A DNA stretch of 64,000 nucleotides from Lama glama. Lineage: Eukaryota. The notes beneath the pieces are model-generated. The model did no database searches. It was not told where the DNA came from and was given only the letters and a program-made list of their open reading frames with translations. Numbering within the stretch: the first letter of the stretch is position 1; each line of letters starts with the position of its first letter. This document shows positions 53,411-64,000 of this stretch, one piece after another. The position numbers and the translations under genes are program-made. The stretch spans positions 27,282,001 to 27,346,000 of the forward strand of contig CM052816.1 in assembly GCA_028534125.1 (NCBI GenBank), given 5' to 3'.

Positions 53411-56400
53411 ATTATGGAAAGTGGGGGAATTGACAAATATCAAGAAACTCCCCATAAAGCATACAATTTATGAAATATTTATACTAATATTTATATTAAT
53501 AACAATTTATACAGTTGTAGCATAGGAAAGGCTGAGAGGCTATTTTTATTAGACAACTCTTCCCATGAACTTTTATAATAACAATATTTCAAACAAAACT
53601 GTTTCTAGCGCTTCTCTTTTTATAAGATGAAAGTATAAATCTTTGTGATATTTCCAGTGTCTGTGAAATCTCAAGAATTGTTTTAGGTGTAAAAGATATC
53701 CTGGTAATTTATTTTATTTTTCTGTATTTAGGATCTCAGTTTGAGAAGGCAAAATTCAGTTTTCAGAGAAAAAGTAAGCTAGGAAATGAGTGACTTTCAA
53801 ACAATACTTGGGTCCTTATCTAATCAAGGTAACAAGAAAACATTTTAAAATAGTCAGAAATGATAAAATTAAAAAGAAACTTAGTTTTTTCATAAGTGAG
53901 GAATTTTTGCCTTTTCTTTCCCTAAATAATCAAAGATAAAATAAGGTCAAAATATAGTACACTGCTTTAAAAAGTTCTGTTATCTAGGACAATTACAAAA
54001 AAGTAAATAATAATCTTTGATTTTGTACACAAGAGCATTAATTGGTAAACTGAAGAAACAAGGCAATCAATATTGAGCAAACTTTCTAAGATTTGAACAA
54101 ATTTCATACTGTGTTTTCAGACTCAGTTACTATAAACTAAGGCAAATAATATTTACTTTCCAAATTTGGTCCTTTATTAGAATAGGATGCAGGTGGTCTG
54201 TGAGGTCAGATTTTATCTCAAAATAATAGTATATTTTCTTTATATTAATACAAAATACATTAATATCAAATAAATAAATATTTTTAAAAAGCTATCTGAA
54301 ATTTTTAAAAGGTTAAAAAACATTTTTTAAAAACCTTCAAGAACGTTTTCTGTAGCAAAAAACTATTTTCTCATCCTTTTATGGAAAACAGGTTTCTAAT
54401 ATTTATGATTCCATAGAATCTTGCAAATTAAAAAAATCAGAATTCCATATTTGAATTTATCTTTCAGTAAGAGAAGATAACTTAGCCCAATAAAGGGGAT
54501 TTTGATCCTATTAATGAGAGTCCAACAGACACTCTAATATTTTAAAAGAAGCCATCAATCTGTGGATATTTTTAAAAAGAAGGCTTAAGAAAAAAATATA
54601 GTTTAAAAAATCACTGGGAACTTCGTGAAGACCTTTGAGATTTTTATGCAAGCAGTGGTGTAATCTTCTCTGATGACAATGTAGAATTGATTACACAAGG
54701 AACTCATTTTTCTTGGAGGGACTGGATGAAATCTGATAAGAGGAGCAGAGACAAAAATATAATACGAAACTTTTACAGAAATTACCACATGTACCAACTT
54801 TACACATTTGTGAAAACATCATAAACAAACATGGAACATTCAAGATTTTGAAAACTGCACTTTGCCAATTGTTTATAAGCTTTATTGATTCCAACACAGC
54901 CACCAGATGAATCAGACATGCCTGCCTGCTAGAGGATATCAGTAGGTGAGATCACAGCATCTTGTTTTTTTGGGGGAAACAAGAGGTCATGATTGCTGAC
55001 AAATCCCTCCGTTATAAAGCCCACATACTGTATACAAATTTTTGGTTTGGGATACAGTTGGCCAGATTTGCTAAGCAGCCAGACTTCCCCGATGAGGTCA
55101 GTACAAACATCCCAGTCAGAGCTGAGTTCAAACACAGAAGATGTTGCATGCTGCTGATTAGTGCCCTTTGTTCAGGCCTGTCTAGGTCCTAATGTCATTA
55201 AACATAAAACAAAAAAGCTGCTTAATGGCTATGCCAAGTACACGACCACTGCAGATGAAGTAATATGTCTTTAATCAGTCAACATTCTTAATTATCCTCT
55301 GGAATGAAAAAGCACATCTATTAATGGGGGCAAAAGATGTAAAATGAGGAGAGAAGACATCACAAAACAAAACTTAGACAGAGTAACAAAATCATAAAAA
55401 AGATAGCACTTTCATATCAAAGAGAACACAAAAGTATATATGCTGAATCAAAAGAAAAAAGTTGGAGCTGTACCAGAGATAAAATAAGATCCGGGCTACA
55501 GTAACGATACTAGGCGCACTAGACACAGTTAATGTTTCTAACAAAGCTCTTCAGCAGTAAAGACAGTACACAGCACTCAACACTGCCAGCAAGAATAAAC
55601 ACTGCATGTCTCAGTTACTGCATGGCTTTTGGTGTTCAGGCTTCCGTGGAGCCTCAAGAAATCCCTCAGTACCAGCCCATTCTACTCTCCTTACCCCAAT
55701 GTGAACACTCTGATCTCATCTCCTACCTTCTTTTCATTCCATCTTCTCATCTGGGACCCACCTTTCTGTCAGGCTTTGCTGGGAAGCAGCCTGAGCTCAG
55801 TTTGCATACCTGTCTTATGACCCCAGTCATACACACTCTGTGGGCTCCAGGCTTTCTTGCACTCATAAGCACACACACAAAAAACGAAAATAACATGGTT
55901 TTGGCCTTTAAACCCTTGTAATTATGGTTGATCAATGATGAGCTATGAGTCAGAGACTGAACTAAAATACAGAAAGGCAATTTATAAGATTTTCCTAGTA
56001 ATCGACAATGATTCAAGCAAAACTCGTTAATCTTTGTAAACACGTTGTGAGGCATTATTCTTTAGGCACAAAAGAAATGCACAAATCTAAATTATAATAT
56101 CCAGAGCATACTGAAGTAAAATAATATTAAAAATTACGTCATCCCAATTGAAAAATATACTAGTTGAAACTAATTCTAGGAAACCAAATTAAGAAAAAAG
56201 AAGAAATCATCTTCTATATTTGAAGGGAACTTAATCAATCACCTCCGACAGTTCTTTAAAACACAAAAATCAGCAAACCTATTTGTGTATTTACAAGTCT
56301 TTTCATGAGGGATGGACCCCAGGATTCAGATATTGCCATGCTTAACTGATTCCAAACCTAGAAATGTGCTGTGAACAAGAAAAGCAATTTTTAAAATGAA

Positions 56401-57073
56401 CCTGTACAAATAAACTTTTACTACAGTGGAATGAAACTTTGAGATTCTCCCCACCATTGTGCTCTTTTCCATCATTTCCAAACTTGAGGACTTACTGAGT
56501 GTCAATCTAGTATGAGAAAATTATAATATTCATGAAGGGAGAAAGACAAAGTGGAGGCTTTTTCTAAAGAACACTGAGCTGATGGGAGAGCCAAGGACTG
56601 TGGAAGTTCAGAGGTGGTCTATGGGCTGGCCAGGAGAGGCTGTGATAAGTAGACAGACAGGACAGCCACAGGCAGGGAAGGGAAGAGGTTCATCAGAGGT
56701 ATTCCGGCTTGATGGAGCACCATAGGTTTAGGAGATAAAGGGCATACTTGTGGCCAGAGCAGGGTGCACAGTGGGACAGTAGAGCAGAAGAGATCAGAGA
56801 GCGTGAGGTGTGGAAAGTCTGCAGAGGCCCGGCCTGCCAGGTCCTCTACCTCTCAGAAACGCAAGTAGCACTATGCTGCCTCCTCTAAAGACAGGAAATA
56901 AAAGCAGAAAAAACACATTAAAGAAATACCTAGTTCAAAATACAGAAATAAGTTATCTTGCTCAAGAATATTCTCTTTCTTGTCAATGAAGACTTAACAT
57001 GCTACCATTACTTTTCAAACTTGACATATTTAAGGGGAAACCTTAAAGGTTTGCAGTATATTAAAACAGCGTT

Positions 57074-57275
57074 ACTAGATTTAAAATAGATAAGCAAGTA
57101 CCTATTGTATAGCACAGGCAACTATATTTGATTTCTTATAATAGGCTATAACAGAAAACAATCTGAAAATATATGTATATATTTATGTATGTATATGTAT
57201 AACTAACTGGGTCGCTTTGTTGTACACCTGAAACTAACATTGAAATCAACTACACTTCAATAAAAAACAAAATTA
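57074..57275 (+). mobile_element. 5'-truncated L1 3'UTR
   Basis: L1 3' end with TSD AAAACAG(C/T)GTT at 57063-57073 and 57276-57286. Confidence 0.85.
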
Positions 57276-57370
57276 AAAACAGTGTTTGTAGGAGGAAAAT
57301 CATATCTAGATTCATTTCCTTGATTGTAAAGCAAAGTACTGGAGGTTTTAACACCTTTCTGATGCACCAT

Positions 57371-57539
57371 CAGTGGTATCCGCAAGAGAACCTCACGGTA
57401 AGCTTTAACAAATAGTTGCTCTCAAGCTCTAACCCTCAGAGATTCCGATTTAGCTGTTCCGGGAGTGGAGCCTGGGTGGCGGTAATTTTAAAGACTCCTC
57501 AAGCAATTTTAAAGTCTGGCCAGAGTTGAGAATTACTGT
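57371..57539. mobile_element. MER5-like hAT MITE, degenerate
   Basis: 'cagagattccgattta...agttgagaattactg' terminus. Confidence 0.6.
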
Positions 57540-60500
57540 GCCAAATAAATATTCTGTGATGAGACAAATAAATAATTTGGGTTTTAAATGAAGAGAGCAA
57601 CTGAGGCACATTCTATTCATAATTTCTGGTGATGGATAACTCAGAGCAGTGGCTTTACTCACAAGGTTTTCATTAGCAGAGAAAAATTGGTAACAGGAAA
57701 AGGCTCAGCCACTTTTTCACTGAAGCAGTGAAAAACATCATTCTGGGTTATTACCTTAAATAAATCCATTAAAATTATATCATAAGGAAAAAGTTTAAGC
57801 TATAATTGCAGCAATGAACTGGAGTAAAGACTGAATCAAGTAGACATAATCTTTCTTTTCTGACAAAATCATACAACAGTTCAACCTAAACTAGAGCTAT
57901 TGTTTCAAAAAACACTCAAAAACGTCATCAATTTTCCCAAGAGTTTCTCTCACCCTTTGGTTCTGAAGTAATTCTCATATGAATCATCTACTTACGTCCT
58001 CATCCATTTTTTGTTCTCTTTTTAAATTGTTCATTGGTCTAACTCTGCTGGGTCCTCACTTATCAATGGATTTACATGTGATTCAGGCAGTTCTCCAACA
58101 TCGATTGTTCTGAATTAATGAATCCTTGCAATCAATTTGTTTTGTTATATGGATTGTATGTACACTACATTTTAGCATTGCATTTTTTTGCACTAAATTG
58201 TTGTAAGCATCCCAAAGCTGATTGATTAAAACATTAACCTGATGAGGTTTCATAAAACCTCTTTTATAATGAGTCATGTCATCAGTGAGTATTTTTCTCT
58301 TACGACAGCTCACCTGTCCATCTATGAGGACTTAGATGACAAAGGCTCCTGCTAACACACCACTTACTTGAGAGCATCAAGGTCATGATTAGTCATCCCC
58401 TAGACCATAATATTCCAGAAAGTGAAAGCCAGGTTTACATATCTTCTTTTTCCCCCTTTAATGAACAAAGATGTCTTAACAAACATGAAGGAATAAACTT
58501 TATAAACAGTTGTTTCTATGTTTCACATTTCTTTAAGGAACATATAAAATACTTGGAAAATTAGAAAGTTTTCCATTTGTATACCAATTGTTAAAATATT
58601 TTGAATAAAAGGTATATGTTTCTCAGAATCTGAAATCATGGGGGAATCCCAGAAATTTGAGAAAAATATAATATAATCACTACTTGGAGCATTTTTTACT
58701 TACCGAAAACCACTTTTAAGAGATAAAAACAAAATGTATATAATTTACTTTGCTTATAATACGCTTGGTTATGTTGAATAGTCAAGGCTGAGCAAAAAGG
58801 GAAATAGAAAGGGAAACACTTATATTTTTATATCAAAAATGGTATTAGAGGAAAAATCAGGACGAATGTTTCCCAAATTCATTTTTCCCTTCCCTCAAAG
58901 AACTTCACAGTTCTATTTTGGATAAAAAAGAGTAAGATACTTCTTTTCATGATATTCTACAAATAAGACACAAGTAGAACTGTTTGAATAAAGTGCTCAT
59001 TCCAAGATGTCATATTGAATGCGTTTAGTTAAAAATGTAAAGTATTTCTAGAAATTGAGAACTTAATCAGAAGGGAGACAAAGGAAAATGAGTATTTAAT
59101 TTTTTTTTCAAATTGGGGATATCTATCCATATGTGAAAGTACCAAGGACTTTCAGCTTACCTGGAGAAACAACATATTCTTATATGGCTAGGCTTATATT
59201 TTAGCATGCTCTACACATGTGCACACACACACATACACAAACACACACTTTTGTTATCTTTGCAGTCTGGCCCCTAGCACAGAAGCCTGTCAAGAGACAA
59301 AAAAGAAGTCATTCCCTAAAGCACTCCTACAACCAAAGAAAGCAGAGCTGGTGAGCAGATGTTCTTTGTGGTAAAGATGCTATAATGACCACTTTTTATC
59401 CCAGCTAGCTTTGAAAAGCATTTCTCACACAGACCTTCCAGAAAACTGGAATATATTATGGATGATAAAGAATTCATAGTCTATCTTTTCAAATAATTTG
59501 TGGATAAAATGAAGAAACTTAAATAACACCGGCTTCTTGAAGGTTCTACTGAAGTATATGTTTTTTGCTTCAACTGCATTAAAACATTCAGTTATCTCTA
59601 ATCTAATGATAAAATTAGCTCACTCACATCTGGGAATCATTCCTGCAAAGCTTACCTCAAGCTTTGTTCTAATTATTTGATAATATTGTTAATGTGATTT
59701 TTAAAAAACTCCACACAATCCATTGACAACTGCTTTCGTTATATCCATATCATTAGTGTCTCTTAACAGCCCCACAGTTCATATATTTCAGTAGTCAATA
59801 TTATTACTTTCTTTGTGGCTATGAAAAGGTTTTAGAATTTACTTCTTAGCTTTATGCCACTATGGACTGGACATGTCAAAAACAGAACCAAACAGAACAT
59901 TTCAACCCCACTTTCATTGACCCAAATTCCAGGAAGTTATCGGATAAGCAGATAAAAATGTGAAAGTCCTATTATTCAGTGACCAGAAGGAAGATGTGTC
60001 CACTAATTCAGCTGTCTTGGAGATTATCTCTAATATTTTTACAGCTCTAAAACTCTATCAGTCCATGAATTCATCCTTTGTAGGGGACAGAATACAGTTG
60101 AGTTCATTGGTCAAACTGCCTTCTACTTGAAAGAAGAGAAAAGCTTTATTTTGACTTTGGAAAAATCATCAGCTATTTGAGACAAATTCTATTCCCTCAT
60201 CTTTAACACTGGGATCCTACTTTTAATCTCTTCTACTGATGTTAATGTACTTAGAAAACATAAAGCCACATAGGGCAAATTTTGGGATACATTATGGGAA
60301 AAATGAAACACATTTTTCAGTTTTAAAAAAGTCTTTGAGAGGATGAATTCTTAAGAACTACAAAAATGCAACTACACCATATAGTGTAAGCCATTCTGTT
60401 GGATGTCTGAAAGTCACAGGAACATGAATTTCTTGAATCTCTAACACTTCCAGAAAGATCTGTAACTGTGGGGTGCAGTGGACCACCTCAGGGAAGAAAA

Positions 60501-62159
60501 TCACTAGAGGGCATGTCCTCCTGGGGGCAGAGCCAGATCGCATCCATCTCTGTATCCCCCATATCACCTAATATGTTTTGCATGTAATGGAAACTCAATA
60601 TGGCTATCGCTCAAACATATTCCTAAAATGTTCTGCCATTAGACAGAATTTCAGGGAATGGCAGCCCTGTACTCTTTTCCTTCTTTTTTTGTTCCCTGTC
60701 ACCTCATCCCATTATCATTATAAAACTATATCAAAAACCTCGACTCCAGATGTTGAGCAATGTTATAATCTACGAAGGATAAGATATGGTCATGACATAC
60801 CACAAATGGAGGATGGGAATAACACTGGACAGAGTATCAGAGAACGTTTTCAGGCGAGGATCTATCACTAGTACACCATGTAAGACTGGATGAGTCAACT
60901 CCTCTTCAAGTCCCAGCAAATAAAGAAATAGGATAGGCCATTCACCTTGGTTCTTCCACTTCCGTAACTAATTTAGGATAAACGATGCCCAATCCATAGC
61001 CCAAGGGCTGCCTTGGACTCTTCAGGACTTTACAGACATCTCAGGGAGCAGGTATGAGGAAATGGAAAAAAAAATCCAGTATTCTTATTAATTATATTGA
61101 TCCTATGTTTAAAAGTAAGAAACATTAGGTTCCTTGAAAGAGCTAAATAGGCATTATAATTAAGAAACACAGGAGGGCACTCTAATCAACCAACAACAAT
61201 GCATTGGATACGAACATTTTTTGAAAGATAAATTGTCACAGCCTTTTTGTGACGATACTAGTGAATTCTGGCCATCTTCTCATGGCCAGGTCAGTCATTC
61301 TTGTCTCATAAAATTTCAAGTGGTGCTCAGTACACAGCCTGAAGGGGCTACATTCTTCACCTTGCCTGGTACACATGTCCATAATTCTTCAAGACAAAAA
61401 CACATTTGGTGGAATGTGTATCTTGACTATTTGCTAAGCTGACAGTACTTTATCCTATTCATTTCTGGGTCTTACAACTAAGCTAAGGATTTTGTGTTCC
61501 ATCTTTATGATGAAATGCAGATTTCCTATTAAAGGCAACTACTTCAATTCAAAAAATGGATGTAATGGTACTTAAAAACATTTGCAACTGGTTAAATTGA
61601 GGGAGCTGAAAAAAGTAAGTAGAAAACAAAAAAATTATGAAAATATAGAATAAAAATTTTAAACTCAGTGGATAAATTATCTTCTTTAAATTCCAAACTT
61701 CAGTTGTTAGATCTCAAACTACAAAACAAGCATTTCAAAGAATATTGAACTTCTTCTTCTGTACCTTCCCGTGAAACACCTAATGGTAGCCTTTTGCTTA
61801 CTGACACATTTTCAATGGTTGCTTGCACAATAAATGTTGGTATTTTCTAACTGTTTTCTCACTTCATGTATCATCTGGGCTTTCTCTCCTCATTTCCTTA
61901 CAGCTCAAAGCTTTCTCTTATCTGAAACCATTGTTTGTTCGACATGAAAAATATACTCTGGTACCACTAATTCCATCAAATAAGGGGAAAAACCTAAACC
62001 TCAATTATGAAACAATTAATTATAAAACCACTTGGTAGTATTATTATACTAGAAGCTGTGCTACTTCCTCATTGAAAATTCTCTCAATTTATCTTAAGGT
62101 ATATTTGTGATCATTAATATCCTCACTTTACCTTTTCAAAGCCAACTGTCTCTAAATAA

Positions 62160-62440
62160 TTGACTCATTTAGTCAACAATTATTCATGGATTGCAAGTTA
62201 TGTGCCAGGCATTGATCAGTGCTCTGCAGTTATCGTAATGAATAAAATCTCCTGCTCTCATGTAGCTAATATTTTGATGGGGGAGAAAGATAACAGACAA
62301 TTAAACACATAATAACTTCAGGTGAGACAGGTCCTAGGAAGATAAACAGAACAGGAGAGGATGACAGTTACAGGGTTCTGCCATTTTTGAAGAGGGGCTA
62401 TAGAGAGCCTGGTAAGATAATGCTTCAGTACAGGTGTCTG
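62160..62440 (-). mobile_element. L2 3' end
   Basis: 'tcatttagtcaacaat...tatgtgccaggca...cctgctctcatg'. Confidence 0.7.
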
Positions 62441-62560
62441 AAAAGAAAAAAAAGGACCCATCCTGGCCTTAGACCTTAGCCTCACCATAGCTTGGTCATC
62501 ACCAGAGCTGCTATTTTGATCCCTCTGAAACTATAGTTTCTTATCCGGAGAAGCACAGAG

Positions 62561-62769
62561 CAATGCTTCTCAAACTGGGATGATTCTGCTTTAGAGGATA
62601 CTGGGCAATGCCTGGACATTTCTGTCACAACTGGGAGGAGGTTGCTGCCCACACGCAGTCAGTAGAGGCCAGAGATGCTGCTAAATATCCTACAGTGCAC
62701 AGGGACAGCCCCACAACAACAAAGGATCTGGCCCCAAATGTCAGTAGAACCCGGGATGAGAAAACCCTG
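62561..62769 (+). mobile_element. MER20 hAT MITE
   Basis: 'ggcaatgcctggaca...gtagaggccagagatgctgctaaatatcctacagtgcacagggacagcccc...aaaccctg'. Confidence 0.9.
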
Positions 62770-63704
62770 CCATAGAGGATGAAGCAAGCTTGGCCTTTCC
62801 CAAACCCTTAATACCTCCCTAAGAGAAGACAAATACCAGTACACCATTTTTAAAGAATATCTATGCAGAGCTTACTTACAAAACTTAGTGATTCATTAAA
62901 GCAAAACATAATTACTAATATTTTATTATTTCAGTTTAGGTATGTTCCTTCATACAAAAGCCATCTGTTCTTTCAAATATCCTACAATTAAATTTGTACT
63001 ACCTTCAACAGTCTCCAGTTAAAATTACTGCATTTTAAAAAATGTGTACCTAATATAATATGTCTCCACTTGAATGAAAGATTTCAGACAGTACTGATTG
63101 TTAGATGTGAGATGGTGACACAAAGCGGGAACATGAGAAAACTACTTGGCCGGCAGGAGTTTAGCTCCATAAATGAATATTTATTCACCCACAATTAAGA
63201 GGCAAGCCGAAAATAATACTTTGTTGATTTAGTTTCACAGCTAAGTATTTAAGTAGGTTTCAGCATTAAAATGTTCAATTATTGTTGTGTCACTGGAAAA
63301 TCTGGCTGGTATGAAGGACATACAATGTTCATAATGAACATATCTATTAAAACTGTTCTAAGATGCCATCTGTCATGGCATTTCTTCCAATGTAAGTGTA
63401 ATCACAAGTTTAAGAGGAAAAGAAGAAAAAGACATTCTATTTTGTTTCTTACTTAAGGCAAATACAGTGATAGAGTTTCACATATCAATTGCAAAAATCC
63501 CCTATACATCTATGTTAAGATAAGATATATCTCTGATAAGAACAATATATCTTAAACATTCTGCCACTGGAAAAAGAGCACTGCCTGCTTATCACACCAT
63601 CACCAGGAAAACAAGTGACAGAAGAAGAGGCTAACACTATGGAATGCATTATACACAGTGTTGAGGGAAGGAGACAGTTGAGGGGACCCAAGGCTGTGTT
63701 AAGG

Positions 63705-63920
63705 GCATGGGCTTTGGGGCCAGAGTTGAGTCCCTTCACCACCATTAATCTGAAAAATAACCATGGCAAGTTCCTTAACCTCTCTATAAGCTCCAGTTTC
63801 TTCATCTGTCAACTGGGGATCATGGTCATCAAAGATCCCCCCAGGACTGACATCAGGATTAAGTGCGACAGTGACTGAGAGTATGTGCACTTCTCCAGGG
63901 GCTCCATAAGTATTCAATAA
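63705..63920 (+). mobile_element. MIR SINE
   Basis: 'ggcaagttccttaacctctct...cagtttcttcatctgtcaactgggg'. Confidence 0.8.
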
Positions 63921-64000
63921 TGACTGATGGCCTTATTGATGTAACAAGATGCATCTGGACTGAAATGAGCCTGCCTTTGTAAGCACCCAAATCCATATCC

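Noticed and set aside
54600..54760. Acceptor-like TTTTGTCTCTGCTCCTCTTATCAG on minus
   Set aside because: No matching donor or coding signal; common by chance in long introns.
1..64000. CRISPR arrays, operons or other prokaryotic systems
   Set aside because: The sequence is mammalian intronic DNA with no repeat-spacer arrays or dense coding.

Overview
Mammalian genomic DNA, most likely a camelid (inferred from tRNA-derived Vic-1-like SINEs and cetartiodactyl-type L1 3' ends). It contains one 100-N assembly gap. The window appears to lie entirely inside the minus-strand SNCAIP (synphilin-1) gene. Two exons are visible: the first coding exon (20128-20230, MEAPEYLDLDEIDFSDDIS) and the next exon (7177-7249, YSVTSLKTIPELCRRCDSQNEDRS). 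The upstream non-coding exon and the downstream exons are not recognisable and probably fall outside the window. The main feature is an intact, intronless 7-TM vomeronasal type-1-like receptor ORF (30931-31932, minus) nested in the intron upstream of the first coding exon. Its protein motifs and position identify it as ancV1R, which is a described gene rather than a new system. Secondary signals include a preserved dual reading frame (synphilin-1A N-terminus), a stop/start-overlapping uORF, a CpG-enriched candidate alternative exon downstream of the second coding exon, an Ebf/homeodomain motif cluster upstream of ancV1R, and a chimeric retroposed insert with a perfect 18-bp TSD. The rest is ordinary intron with L1, L2, MIR, hAT MITEs, one ERVL LTR and microsatellites. 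Repeat family names come from recalled consensus similarity, and their boundaries are approximate.
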